Below, one piece after another: positions 9,782 to 19,294 of a DNA stretch of 64,000 nucleotides. Within the stretch, counting starts at the first letter, position 1. Each line of letters opens with the position of its first letter. Source of the DNA: Patescibacteria group bacterium UBA2105 (GTDB taxonomy: Bacteria; Patescibacteriota; Minisyncoccia; Phycocordibacterales; UBA2100); the NCBI GenBank assembly GCA_002331495.1, contig DCYR01000007.1, positions 29,689-93,688 on the forward strand, read 5' to 3'. Under the pieces are notes generated by a model. It did not search any database. It was given only the letters and a program-made list of their open reading frames with translations, and was not told where the DNA came from. Made by a program: the position numbers and the translations under genes.

Positions 9782-11677
9782 CTACTTGTTCTTGTCGTTC
9801 TCGTCAAACTCTGCGTCACGTGTCTTTTCGTCGTCGCCTTTGGTCTCCCCCTCGGACTCAGGCGTTTTTTCTTGTGCGGCTTTTGCCATAGCTTCGCCAA
9901 TAGCACTTATGGCAGTACTGAGAGATTCTGAGGCGCTTGTGATAGCTGCTACGTCGTCCCCGTCACGAGCTTTCTTCAAGGCTTCTACTTTCTCCTGTAT
10001 GTCCTTGGTGATTCCCTCATCTACTTTGTCACCATGCTCTTTCAGAGCCTTCTCTGCTGAGTACACAAGTTGCTCGGAAGCATTTTTAGCCTCAATGAGC
10101 TCTTTTTTCTTTTTATCCTCATCTGCATGCGATTCGGCATCTGCCTTCATTTTCTCGACTTCCTCCTCGGAAAGCCCCGACGATCCTTCAATTTTGATTG
10201 ACTGTTCTTTACCCGTACCTTTGTCGAGCGCCTTTACGTTAAGGATTCCGTTTGCATCAATATCAAACGAAACTTCGATTTGCGGTGTGCCCCGTGGCGC
10301 AGGCGCGATGCCATCGAGAACAAATCTCCCGAGAGTCTTATTGTCGGCCGCCATTTCACGCTCCCCTTGTGTTACCACAATCTCTACCGACGGCTGGTTG
10401 TCTGCCGCCGTTGAGAATATTTGAGATTTGCTCGTAGGGATTGTTGTGTTTCGTTCGATAAGCTTTGTGGCGATGCCACCCATAGTCTCGATTCCTAACG
10501 ACAGAGGTATGACATCGAGAAGCAGTACGTCTTTCACGTCACCTTGCATGATTCCGGCTTGTATTGCAGCACCGAGCGCCACGACTTCATCTGGGTTAAT
10601 AGATTTGTTTGGCTCCTTTCCGAAAAGGTCTCTCACCTTTTTTACAATAAGTGGCATTCGTGTCTGTCCCCCAACTAGGATGACCTCATCGATGTCACTT
10701 AGCTCGAACGGACTTGCTTCAACAGTTCGCTTCGTGATCTCAAGTGCACGGTCCACATACTCGCTCGCGAGCTCCTCTAGAGTTGCCTGAGTGAGTTTAA
10801 GGAGAAGATGCTTGGGGCCGCTATCGTCTGAAGTAATAAAGGGGATATTTATCTCGGACTCCTTCGCAGTTGAGAGTTCTATTTTTGCCTTCTCGGCTGC
10901 TTCATCCAGTCGTTGTAGAGCCAAGGGATCACCACTTATATCTATGCCAGAATCTTTTTTGAACTGCGTAATAATCCAGCTGATTATCTTCTGGTCAATA
11001 TCGCGTCCTCCCATATGAGAGTCCCCATCGGTTGCCTTTACTTCTATGACCTCGTCACCTACTTCAAGAACCGAAACATCAAATGTACCGCCACCAAAGT
11101 CAAACACCACAATCTGTTCGTCTTTTTTCTTGTTAAATCCGTATGCAAGAGCTGCAGCAGTAGGTTCATTTATAATTCGCTTTACGTCCAATCCCGCAAT
11201 TTTGCCCGCGTCCTTAGTGGCTTTTCTCTGCGTGTCATCAAAATATGCAGGTACAGTTATAACCGCTTCTGTTACTTTTTCTCCCAGGCTTTCCTCTGCA
11301 TCTCTTTTTAATTTTTGCAGTATCATTGCAGATATTTCCTCCGGGCGATAATTTTTGTCAGCAAGGGTAATGAGCACTCCCTTGTCGGCTCCTTCGCTCA
11401 AAGTATAGGGAACTATGTCCTTATCTTTTTGCACGGAATTGTCTGAAAATTTGTGCCCCACAAAGCGCTTTACACCAAAGATGGTATTTTTAGGATTGGT
11501 CACCGCCTGTCGCTTGGCCAGGGTTCCAACCAAACGCTCTCCGGTCTTCGAGATACCAACTATAGAAGGAGTCGTGCGCGCTCCCTCGGCGTTTTCAATA
11601 ATTTTTGGTTCCCCTCCCTCCACCGCGGCCATGGCGGAGTTGGTTGTCCCTAAGTCGATTCCTAAAATTTTAGACAT
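9782..11677 (-). CDS. dnaK: Chaperone DnaK (Hsp70)
   Basis: [30 protein letters not shown]. Confidence 0.99.
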   Translation of the reverse strand: MSKILGIDLGTTNSAMAAVEGGEPKIIENAEGARTTPSIVGISKTGERLVGTLAKRQAVTNPKNTIFGVKRFVGHKFSDNSVQKDKDIVPYTLSEGADKGVLITLADKNYRPEEISAMILQKLKRDAEESLGEKVTEAVITVPAYFDDTQRKATKDAGKIAGLDVKRIINEPTAAALAYGFNKKKDEQIVVFDFGGGTFDVSVLEVGDEVIEVKATDGDSHMGGRDIDQKIISWIITQFKKDSGIDISGDPLALQRLDEAAEKAKIELSTAKESEINIPFITSDDSGPKHLLLKLTQATLEELASEYVDRALEITKRTVEASPFELSDIDEVILVGGQTRMPLIVKKVRDLFGKEPNKSINPDEVVALGAAIQAGIMQGDVKDVLLLDVIPLSLGIETMGGIATKLIERNTTIPTSKSQIFSTAADNQPSVEIVVTQGEREMAADNKTLGRFVLDGIAPAPRGTPQIEVSFDIDANGILNVKALDKGTGKEQSIKIEGSSGLSEEEVEKMKADAESHADEDKKKKELIEAKNASEQLVYSAEKALKEHGDKVDEGITKDIQEKVEALKKARDGDDVAAITSASESLSTAISAIGEAMAKAAQEKTPESEGETKGDDEKTRDAEFDENDKNK

Positions 11678-11708
11678 AATGCATATACATTTATAGCTGA
11701 ATAATTCT

Positions 11709-12050
11709 CTATTCGATCACTCCCTCAAAACCTCTTCGCAGGGCAACATCGCGCAAATATGCAGAGACACTCGAGTATCCGGCTTTACGAGCGTTCTGCT
11801 CAATGGCCCCCTTCTCTTCGTCTGTTACCCGAAAGCGCAGTATCTCAGTTTGGGCAACACTCTGGAGAAGACCGTAATTTTCGCGAATGATTTGAGGCAG
11901 TTGTGAAAGAATACGAGGTATTTCATCATTCGGAAATCTCTCCTCGATATTTGCGCTCTTGCAGATGAGAGTGGTGACTTTTCGGGCGGGCTGTAGCGTG
12001 TAACCATGGCGACGATTTCCTATCACAATATAATGTTTCCGGACAGACAT
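11709..12050 (-). CDS. Small protein with C-terminal ribbon-helix-helix (MobC/CopG-like) DNA-binding motif
   Basis: C-terminus [36 protein letters not shown] fits the beta-alpha-alpha RHH pattern. Confidence 0.65.
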   Translation of the reverse strand: MSVRKHYIVIGNRRHGYTLQPARKVTTLICKSANIEERFPNDEIPRILSQLPQIIRENYGLLQSVAQTEILRFRVTDEEKGAIEQNARKAGYSSVSAYLRDVALRRGFEGVIE

Positions 12051-12070
12051 GTGGCTACATTGTAGCTACA
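12050..12070 (-). promoter_or_regulatory. Tandem palindromic operator overlapping the -10 box and start codon of the RHH gene
   Basis: TGTGGCTACA-T-TGTAGCTACA (the second copy is a perfect palindrome); minus-strand TACAAT at 12059-12064. Confidence 0.55.
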
Positions 12071-12113
12071 AGCGATACGATCGCAATATTGACACGAGGG
12101 TGCAATTACTGTT

Positions 12114-12632
12114 CTAACTATATACAATTACTTGCGCTGCACGGATTATGGTGTCGCCAATTTTGTACCCTCGACGTTCAACTCGAGCAATCGTCCCGCT
12201 TTCTTTGCCCCCCTTCTCGTACCCGACAGCTTCATGCTCTTTGGGGTCAAATGTACTACCAGCCTCGCCGTAGACATGCACGCCGTAGTCCTCCAGGCTA
12301 GCAAGCAGTTGCGAATACACCTGCTCGACACCTGTACGCCAGTCTTCGTCAACATTTCGCCAGGCCTTGCCCCTCATGGCTATATCAAAGCTGTCTAGCG
12401 CAGGAAGCAGTCCTTGCAACAGGTCGGCAACGGCTCGGCTTTTCGCTTCAGCCAAGGTCGCGGCGTAGTGCTTTTTTGCGTTGAGTGCATCCGCTTTCTG
12501 GCGCTGCCAGCCGTCCAAGTATTCTTTCTTTTCCTGCTCGCACTTTTTAAGCTTGGTACGGAGCTTTTTGACCAGGTCTGCGCCCTTGTCTTCCTCGTAT
12601 ACAATATCGTCCAAATTTTCGTTTGAGTCCAT
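12114..12632 (-). CDS. grpE: Nucleotide exchange factor GrpE
   Basis: WQRQKAD, LLPALDSFD, FDPKEHEAV, RRGYKIGDTIIRAAQV; next to dnaK. Confidence 0.95.
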   Translation of the reverse strand: MDSNENLDDIVYEEDKGADLVKKLRTKLKKCEQEKKEYLDGWQRQKADALNAKKHYAATLAEAKSRAVADLLQGLLPALDSFDIAMRGKAWRNVDEDWRTGVEQVYSQLLASLEDYGVHVYGEAGSTFDPKEHEAVGYEKGGKESGTIARVERRGYKIGDTIIRAAQVIVYS

Positions 12633-12656
12633 ACCGCGGATTGATTATAGTATGCG

Positions 12657-12679
12657 CAAAAACGCCCTCAGGAGGCGCG
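12657..12679 (-). terminator. Putative intrinsic terminator after rpsI
   Basis: Minus strand CGCGCCTCCTGAGGGCGTTTTT, an imperfect GC stem plus U tract. Confidence 0.45.
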
Positions 12680-12682
12680 TTG

Positions 12683-13075
12683 CTATCGTTTACTCCACTG
12701 CGGAGCGCGACGTGCCGAACGAAGTCCAAATTTCTTTCGCTCTTTCATGCGCGGATCTCGTTTAAGATACCCTGCTGCTTTCAATTCCTTTCGTTGCGTT
12801 TGGTCGTTTTTTACCAAAGCCCGAGCGATCCCGTGACGAACGGCCTCAGCTTGGGCCGGTACTCCTCCCCCTGTTACTTTCGCACTCACCTTAAATGCTC
12901 CACCTGTGGTAGCGAGGGCGTCTTTCACTACTTTTTGCAGTTCGGCAGTCGAAAAGTACTCATCCACCTTTTTTTCATTTATCGAGTAGGTTGTTTTTTT
13001 TGCAGGGGTAATTCGCACCCGAGCGGTTGCCGTCTTGCGACGTCCCACTGCTTCAATATATTTTTCTTCAGCCAT
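12683..13075 (-). CDS. rpsI: 30S ribosomal protein S9
   Basis: GRRKTATARV, GGG..QAEAVRHGIARAL, ERKKFGL..ARRAPQWSKR. Confidence 0.98.
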   Translation of the reverse strand: MAEEKYIEAVGRRKTATARVRITPAKKTTYSINEKKVDEYFSTAELQKVVKDALATTGGAFKVSAKVTGGGVPAQAEAVRHGIARALVKNDQTQRKELKAAGYLKRDPRMKERKKFGLRSARRAPQWSKR

Positions 13076-13079
13076 ATTT

Positions 13080-13433
13080 TTACTTAATTATCAAATTTTT
13101 CATCCGGTTTTTTCTGAGACGATTTGCCGGCAACATGTTGTAGACGGCTTTTTTAAGCGCCTCGCTCACGCCTTTCTTAGCAATAAGTTCTCCTAATGAT
13201 TCCTCTTTTCGTCCTCCGTGGAATCCTGAGTAGCGGTCGTAAATCTTTGTTGCACGTTTCTTCTCGGAAATATTTAGGTCGTTAACGTTCTCTACGACAA
13301 CAGACACGTTAGACACAGTGTTTTTTGAAAAATCCGTTCTGTCTTTGCCGAGCAGAACATATGCGACTTGAGAAGCTACACGACCAAGTCGTTTGCCTCC
13401 GGCATCTACTATATGTGTACGTTTTTCAGTCAT
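13080..13433 (-). CDS. rplM: 50S ribosomal protein L13
   Basis: VDAGGKRLGRVASQVA..L.GK, YSGFHGG, AVYNMLP; start at MTEKR. Confidence 0.96.
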   Translation of the reverse strand: MTEKRTHIVDAGGKRLGRVASQVAYVLLGKDRTDFSKNTVSNVSVVVENVNDLNISEKKRATKIYDRYSGFHGGRKEESLGELIAKKGVSEALKKAVYNMLPANRLRKNRMKNLIIK

Positions 13434-13434
13434 G

Positions 13435-13788
13435 CTATACGAATTCGATAATCGTCTTATCACGCCTTACGTCCTCGAAGGTTCCTAGCTTACTGATGCG
13501 TGTGTATCCTCCAGGGCGATGCTTATAGCGCGGAGCGATAACCTCGTGAAGCTTTTTTGAAACCTCGGCATCGTTACCTAGTCGAGACGCAATAAGGCGT
13601 CGCGACGCAAGTGTATCTTTTTTAGCCAAAGTTACGAGCTTCTCAATTTGCGGGCGAAGTTCTTTAGCTTTTGCGATAGTGGTTTCTATGCGCTCATGAA
13701 GAACCAAACTACGCACCAAGCTGCGCAAAAGACCGGTGCGCACCTTCCGCACCCGCCCTAACTTCCGCTGTGTTTTATGGTGTCTCAT
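13435..13788 (-). CDS. rplQ: 50S ribosomal protein L17
   Basis: MRHHK..RKLGR, IETTIAKAKELR, RPGGYTRI. Confidence 0.97.
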   Translation of the reverse strand: MRHHKTQRKLGRVRKVRTGLLRSLVRSLVLHERIETTIAKAKELRPQIEKLVTLAKKDTLASRRLIASRLGNDAEVSKKLHEVIAPRYKHRPGGYTRISKLGTFEDVRRDKTIIEFV

Positions 13789-13811
13789 AAACGTCACTAC
13801 CCTACCATAGT

Positions 13812-14786
13812 TTAATTGCGAAGTGTAATTCCCAGGTTAGACAATGATCGTTTGATCTCCTGGAGCCCTTTTTGCCCGAGCCCCTCGATTGCAAGGATGT
13901 CCTCCTCACGCTTCCGTGCGAGACCGCCTACCGTCCGAATACCCGACTCATCAAGCGCAGCCTCCACGCGAGCGGACAGCTCAAGTTCGCTGATCCTCGT
14001 TTTAAACGCTTCCTTATCCGCGTCTTTCTTTGCTGCATCCTCCTCCTGTGGCTTTGTTATGTGTGTTGGTTCTCCCTTGGGTTCAACGGCAGTTTCTTCC
14101 TGAAAGCCGATAACTGCTTTAAGCTGGTGAATCATTATCTCAATAGAGTCTTCGAGAGCTTCACGTGGGGTAATAGTTCCATCGGTTTCGACAAAAATAC
14201 GAAGGCGGTTGAAATCTGTGCGGTCGCCTACTCGCATGTTTTCGACTTCGTAATTTACCCGTCGAATTGGCGAAAAAACCGCATCGAGTGCAATCGTGCC
14301 GATGTCTACACGCTCTCTTTGTAACGCTTCCTTAGCCACGTATCCCAAGCCCCGCTCCACAGTCATGTTCATGTCAAAAGTACCCTTGCCCGAAACTTCG
14401 GCTATATGTTGATCGGGGTTAAGTATTTGAACTTGTCCTGGGGCTTCGATATCTGCGGCGGTCACAGTTTTGGGTCCTTTTACATTTAGTCTAATCTCCT
14501 GTGGTTCGTCGGTAAGCATTTTTATACGCACCTTTTTCAAGTTCAAAAGCAGCATAACGGTATCTTCCACTACCCCCTCGATAGTTGAGAACTCATGCGA
14601 CACCCCGTCGATCTTTATATTGGTAATGGCGGCACCGGGTAGTGATGAAAGAATAATGCGGCGAAGAGAATTTCCGAGAGTATGCCCATACCCAGGATAT
14701 AAACCGTCAATCTCATATGTTCCTGCAAACTCTTTTTCAGATATAATGCGGGGCTTTGATGGAACTGTGACTTGATGATCTGACAT
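13812..14786 (-). CDS. rpoA: RNA polymerase subunit alpha
   Basis: GYGHTLGNSLRRIILSSLPG, HEFSTIEGVVED, DAVFSPI, alpha-CTD present. Confidence 0.98.
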   Translation of the reverse strand: MSDHQVTVPSKPRIISEKEFAGTYEIDGLYPGYGHTLGNSLRRIILSSLPGAAITNIKIDGVSHEFSTIEGVVEDTVMLLLNLKKVRIKMLTDEPQEIRLNVKGPKTVTAADIEAPGQVQILNPDQHIAEVSGKGTFDMNMTVERGLGYVAKEALQRERVDIGTIALDAVFSPIRRVNYEVENMRVGDRTDFNRLRIFVETDGTITPREALEDSIEIMIHQLKAVIGFQEETAVEPKGEPTHITKPQEEDAAKKDADKEAFKTRISELELSARVEAALDESGIRTVGGLARKREEDILAIEGLGQKGLQEIKRSLSNLGITLRN

Positions 14787-14833
14787 ACGAATAGTCTTAA
14801 GATTAGAAGGTGATAAATAACTATTAATGACTT

Positions 14834-15436
14834 TTAACGGCTATAGAATTCAAATACGGCCGACAAATCAAAAACGGTATCTCTGGCAACAAATTCAGGC
14901 GTGGCCTTCACGCTTGCGGTAAGCTTTTTTGCGTCTGTTGAGAGCCATTTCGGAGCCGTGTGGGTTGAGATGATATCCATGTTTGCAACAAACAAAGGCT
15001 TGTTTGTACTCCCCCCCCGTACCGCAATTGCATCGCCCTTCTTCACGGCGTGTGAGGGTACTGTCATCTTTTTTCCATTTATCTGTATGTGTCCGTGGCT
15101 GACCATTTGGCGAGCTGCTCGTCGTGTTGGTGCAAAACCGAGGCGATATATAGTATTATCAAGGCGAGTTTCTAGCTTCTTGAAAAGTTCTGTAGCCGGG
15201 TTCTTGGCTCCAAGTGCGTCCGCTACGTACTTGCGAAGCTGCTTTTCGGTAATGCCATATGCATAGCGCACCTTTTGCTTTTCAAGTAACTGACGACCGA
15301 AGTCGCTCAAATTACGTCGCCTTCCAAACGACTTTTTGACACGAGCTTCTGAAAGGGCGAACTTTTGTGTTTGACACTTTTCGTAGACGCCATTTCCCAA
15401 ACGCTTGCAAATTTTGTATTTTGGTTTCGTTAGCAT
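14834..15436 (-). CDS. rpsD: 30S ribosomal protein S4
   Basis: QLLEKQKVR..YG, LETRLDNTIYRLGFA.TR..ARQMVSHGH. Confidence 0.98.
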   Translation of the reverse strand: MLTKPKYKICKRLGNGVYEKCQTQKFALSEARVKKSFGRRRNLSDFGRQLLEKQKVRYAYGITEKQLRKYVADALGAKNPATELFKKLETRLDNTIYRLGFAPTRRAARQMVSHGHIQINGKKMTVPSHAVKKGDAIAVRGGSTNKPLFVANMDIISTHTAPKWLSTDAKKLTASVKATPEFVARDTVFDLSAVFEFYSR

Positions 15437-15450
15437 AAAACAGTGACTTA

Positions 15451-15885
15451 TTACACGCGTCGTGAACGGCGTTGGCGAGGTCCATTGAAAGGTACTGGTG
15501 TCTTGTCCGCTATACTTGAAACATCTATGCCCTTTCCTGCAAATGCTCGTAATGCAGACTCGCGACCTGCGCCGACTCCCTTGATAACAGCGTCAACCGA
15601 CTGAACTCCCATCATTTGTGCTTTTTCGGCTATGAGCTCACCCACCTTTGCTGCGGCAAACGGAGTCCCCTTCTTAGCTCCGGCAAATCCGAGACCGCCA
15701 GATGATGACCATGTTACGGTGTTTCCCTCAGTGTCTGAGAGGAGAACTTTCGTGTTGTTGTACGTAGCGTGAATGTGTAAAACCCCGGTTTGCATCTTCC
15801 TTTTTGGTGCGCGACTCAAGGCGCGAGATTTGAGTCCCTTGTTTACACTGCCTCCAGACTTTTTAACGATTCTTTTTTTCCCCAT
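15451..15885 (-). CDS. rpsK: 30S ribosomal protein S11
   Basis: ATYNNT, KKGTPFAA, GVGAGRESA, TPVPFNG. Confidence 0.98.
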   Translation of the reverse strand: MGKKRIVKKSGGSVNKGLKSRALSRAPKRKMQTGVLHIHATYNNTKVLLSDTEGNTVTWSSSGGLGFAGAKKGTPFAAAKVGELIAEKAQMMGVQSVDAVIKGVGAGRESALRAFAGKGIDVSSIADKTPVPFNGPRQRRSRRV

Positions 15886-15886
15886 A

Positions 15887-16267
15887 CTACTTCTTCTCTA
15901 CTTTACGACGACCGCTGGTCATAGTTTTCCGGACGTTCCCACGCACACTTCGAGAATTTGTTTTCGTGCGTTGTCCGCGAGCAGGTAAACTACGCGAATG
16001 GCGATCACCCCGGTAGCTCCGTATATCCTTCAAGCGCTTGATGTTGCTACGTATTTCGCGTCGCAACTCTCCTTCGATTCTATATTCCGCTACTAATTTG
16101 CCTAGCAATCCCTCCTCTTCACTTGATAGATCTACAGGTTTCTTACCAGGATCCACCTTTGCGTTCGATAATATTTTTTTTGCCCGAACACGGCCAATAC
16201 CATACACAGCGGTGAGACCTATTTCGAGCCGCTTAGAATCAGGGATTGTGATACCAGCTATACGCAT
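15887..16267 (-). CDS. rpsM: 30S ribosomal protein S13
   Basis: MRIAGI, YGIG, YRG.RH..LPARGQRTKTNSR. Confidence 0.98.
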   Translation of the reverse strand: MRIAGITIPDSKRLEIGLTAVYGIGRVRAKKILSNAKVDPGKKPVDLSSEEEGLLGKLVAEYRIEGELRREIRSNIKRLKDIRSYRGDRHSRSLPARGQRTKTNSRSVRGNVRKTMTSGRRKVEKK

Positions 16268-16282
16268 ATTTATCCAAATTAA

Positions 16283-16396
16283 TTAGCCTTGCCGTTGTTT
16301 ATGGCGGGGATTGCTACACACGACAAACAGACGTCCGCGGCGGCGCACGCTCTTACACTCCTTACATTGCCTCTTGATTGAACTTCTTACCTTCAT
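16283..16396 (-). CDS. rpmJ: 50S ribosomal protein L36
   Basis: Not in the ORF track; translated by hand as [37 protein letters not shown] (Zn-ribbon form). Confidence 0.96.
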   Translation of the reverse strand: MKVRSSIKRQCKECKSVRRRGRLFVVCSNPRHKQRQG

Positions 16397-16419
16397 GCAT
16401 GTAGGAAAAGTGTGCATGT

Positions 16420-16641
16420 TTACACACGCCTGATAATTCGTCCCTTACCTCCATAAGGGTCGATCTTAACTTGCACAGTGTCGCCTAGTAGAACTTTAAT
16501 TCTATGCAGTCGCATCTTGCCAGCAAGGTAGGTAATCATTTCCTCGCCACTTTCAAGCTGAACGCGAAAAAGCGCATTCGGCAGCGCCTCAATTACGACT
16601 CCTTCCACGGAATCGCTACCTCCTTTCATGTCTTCACTCAC
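16420..16641 (-). CDS. infA: Translation initiation factor IF-1
   Basis: [36 protein letters not shown]; start is GTG 16641 or ATG 16629. Confidence 0.96.
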   Translation of the reverse strand: MSEDMKGGSDSVEGVVIEALPNALFRVQLESGEEMITYLAGKMRLHRIKVLLGDTVQVKIDPYGGKGRIIRRV

Positions 16642-16699
16642 AGTGCGGGGACATCGTACCAGAATGTATTGGTATTGACAAGCGCTCTGTGGACAAAAA

Positions 16700-18037
16700 T
16701 TAACTTTCGGGAACGACTTCAACCGATATCCCGCCTGTCTCAGATGGAAACTCGCTCTTCCAGAAGGGTCGAATTGTAGCCTGGGCACTTTTTATGCCAG
16801 GATACCCGCTCATAACAGTATTGAGAGCGCCGCTGTTCTTTCCCACAAGGTCTTGTTTTAGGCCTTCTATGTCGACCTGCCACGTAAGAGTTGACCGTCC
16901 CTCAAGAGTAAACTGTATTAACGCATCGTCAACGATATCGACTCCGTCCTTGTTTACAATCTTCATGGTCAGGTTCTCGGGATTGTCAATCAAAATGTCT
17001 CCGTCTTCGGGGTTGGCTAAAGCAGCGGTTGCGAGCATGCGCGCTAATTCATTCTTTTCAAATGCTACCGCATTTATTCGTGCAACTTCTCGCACTGTGG
17101 CGGTATCGTTTCCGGAGTACGTGACCTGCATCGACTCAAATGTTGTGAATATTCCACCAGCGAACACTTCAGTTGTTTCAGAGGCCTGCTCGGCTACCGC
17201 AGATTCAACTTGATCGCGTAGTTGGGATCGTAACTGTGTACGGACAGCATTAAGAATATCTTCATCTACAATAGCGCGCTCGCCAACAAAACCTCCCGTT
17301 ATTGGTTCTTTAAGTTCCGCATAAAATGTATCGTATCGAGGGTCTCCTTTCAGCCCAGGGATAGTGAACCTAGTGCCAACATCGGATATGTTCTGATCTT
17401 CACCAGGTTTGTCAGCATAGACAGTAATTTCAATCGAACCTGGCGTATCTCCACTCATGCCAGGAACTACAAATGAATTGCGTACTCTATAGATCTCGCC
17501 ATTAGGAGCTTCAAATCGAGTATTTTTGATAAGCCGTTGAGGTGCTGGCCCGTGATTATTGTATACCACAATACGACCCGAGGCCTTTTCCTCGACCGTT
17601 TCGCGTCCGGTCGCAGCAATATTGTCGGTTGATTCAATTGTGTACGTTAGTAGGGTATACGAAAGCTCTCCCTCCTCAGCATCCCGATAAGCCGTGTACA
17701 CAACGTTCGCAGAAAGGTTTACCTCTTCTTGTTGCGGCACTATGGTGATAGTTGTTTTTCCGATAAATACAAATCCAACGGCGGAAAATGCCACAACAAG
17801 TACCAAAATTGCGATAGCCCAGACAGCAAACTTTCCATTGGATGTCTTCCTGTTTCTATTGTCTATACCTACTGCATTAGCAAGAGTGCGCCGCTCTGCC
17901 CGCCTTGCGCGCCGGGTCTGTCGCTCCTGTGTGGTTACCGGGGTGACATCTCTTATAGAATGTCCGCCACTTGGCACCTCCTTGGAGTCCTCCTCGCCTT
18001 CGGGTGGCTTTATATCGTCAAACATTGTTCGTCCCAT
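16700..18037 (-). CDS. Membrane-anchored uncharacterised protein with baseplate-J-like beta region
   Basis: Single TM helix, then KASGRIVVYN..Q.LIKNTRF, VPG..GSIEITVYADKPG, FTIPGLKG, ITGG pattern recalled from CPR proteins annotated baseplate J/gp47-like; -10 box 7 nt before ATG 18037. Confidence 0.6.
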   Translation of the reverse strand: MGRTMFDDIKPPEGEEDSKEVPSGGHSIRDVTPVTTQERQTRRARRAERRTLANAVGIDNRNRKTSNGKFAVWAIAILVLVVAFSAVGFVFIGKTTITIVPQQEEVNLSANVVYTAYRDAEEGELSYTLLTYTIESTDNIAATGRETVEEKASGRIVVYNNHGPAPQRLIKNTRFEAPNGEIYRVRNSFVVPGMSGDTPGSIEITVYADKPGEDQNISDVGTRFTIPGLKGDPRYDTFYAELKEPITGGFVGERAIVDEDILNAVRTQLRSQLRDQVESAVAEQASETTEVFAGGIFTTFESMQVTYSGNDTATVREVARINAVAFEKNELARMLATAALANPEDGDILIDNPENLTMKIVNKDGVDIVDDALIQFTLEGRSTLTWQVDIEGLKQDLVGKNSGALNTVMSGYPGIKSAQATIRPFWKSEFPSETGGISVEVVPES

Positions 18038-18086
18038 GTAATGTAGTATACCAGGAAAAAATAAAATATACGCCCCTGTGCGTGTG

Positions 18087-19238
18087 CTATTTATCCACAA
18101 AGAGAACTCCAAGAGAAAGCATTGAATCCTTCTTCGCATTCTCCTTAAAAATAAGCTCTCGGCCAGTTCTCTGGGTGCTCAGAGATTTAGTTTCTAGAGG
18201 TTTGCCAGTGACAGTAAATTGACCAAAGTCTAAACGTTCAATGGCTTTTGCGAACCAAGGTTTGTATCGCTTATCGATGGAAATAAACGTAGTTGTAGGT
18301 ATGCGCCTGATGCGGCTTAATTCGGAACAAGCGTCGCCGAAAGTCTTAATCCATTCCTGTTCACTGTCTTGTAGCAGCTTCTCTATTTTTCGACATTGTG
18401 CCGGAGTGCAGCTGTTGTTTATGTACATAGTTAGCTCAGATACAGCGCTTAGTCGACTCATCTCGTCGCCTTTGGCTATGGTGCGAACGAGATATTCGGT
18501 CCCAAAATTCACCCAGGAGCTTCCTTCAACTGCTTCATTTCGCACTATGCTTATTGATGTGTATTCGCCCCCCACATCCACGATGGTATATGCATCGTGT
18601 TCCTCTGGCGACTTATTCAGTTGCATTGCAGCGAATAGAAATGCATCAATGTGAACGGAGTGGTTTGGCAATACGTCCGCAAGTGCACCTTGTATTGCAG
18701 TATGAATCACTTCAGACATACTACTTTTAAGCACAGTGACGGCTATGGACTCTGCTCGCTTCTTATACGGTTTTGTGGTCGCATAGCCGTTGAGCTCTAT
18801 TTTCATGACATGCCTGTCGAATTCTATGCGGCCTTTGGTTGCTGTGACCGGCAGCTGCTGAGCAATAAATTGCTGTAAGACCTCCTTGGTAATCATTGTT
18901 TCTGCATCAAGTGTGCTCTCAGCTCGGTCTGACCGTGAGTCTGCCCATGGAGTATGCACTATTGCACGCACGTCATACTTGCCCCGCACTCCCTCAAGGC
19001 GTCCCAGCGCTTCAATAGCCTCCTTCCCGGCTGCCTTGATTGCAGCTCCGACATACGATCCTAGTGCCGCGGCGTCTTGCTCATCACCAAAAGCGATGGG
19101 CTCTCGATGCGTAAAGAGGACATCGATGGTTCCTTCGCGATACCGGGCAATGGCGACACCCACTGAAGCACTTCCGATATCAAAAACGAGAACGTGCAAT
19201 GCTTTCGAAAAGCCTGGGAGTAATGAAAGAACGTTCAT
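18087..19238 (-). CDS. FtsA/PilM-like actin-fold protein (divergent)
   Basis: VFDIGSASV (phosphate 1) and IVDVGGEYTSISIV (phosphate 2), ELNGY, NFGTEYL. Confidence 0.65.
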   Translation of the reverse strand: MNVLSLLPGFSKALHVLVFDIGSASVGVAIARYREGTIDVLFTHREPIAFGDEQDAAALGSYVGAAIKAAGKEAIEALGRLEGVRGKYDVRAIVHTPWADSRSDRAESTLDAETMITKEVLQQFIAQQLPVTATKGRIEFDRHVMKIELNGYATTKPYKKRAESIAVTVLKSSMSEVIHTAIQGALADVLPNHSVHIDAFLFAAMQLNKSPEEHDAYTIVDVGGEYTSISIVRNEAVEGSSWVNFGTEYLVRTIAKGDEMSRLSAVSELTMYINNSCTPAQCRKIEKLLQDSEQEWIKTFGDACSELSRIRRIPTTTFISIDKRYKPWFAKAIERLDFGQFTVTGKPLETKSLSTQRTGRELIFKENAKKDSMLSLGVLFVDK

Positions 19239-19294
19239 TGCGATTAGTATAGCAATGAAATAGGCGAACGAAACACATAAGTTGTGTATGCATG

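Noticed and set aside
9678-11696. Series of long plus-strand ORFs opposite dnaK, and similar ones opposite leuS, atpA, atpD and the RND permease
   Set aside because: Typical antisense shadows of conserved genes; no motifs and no initiation signals
12633-12682. CIRCE element upstream of grpE
   Set aside because: No TTAGCACTC-N9-GAGTGCTAA found; only the rpsI terminator and a -10 box
16700-18037. Baseplate-J-like gene as a prophage or tailocin
   Set aside because: It has a TM anchor, and no other phage structural, integrase or lysis genes are present
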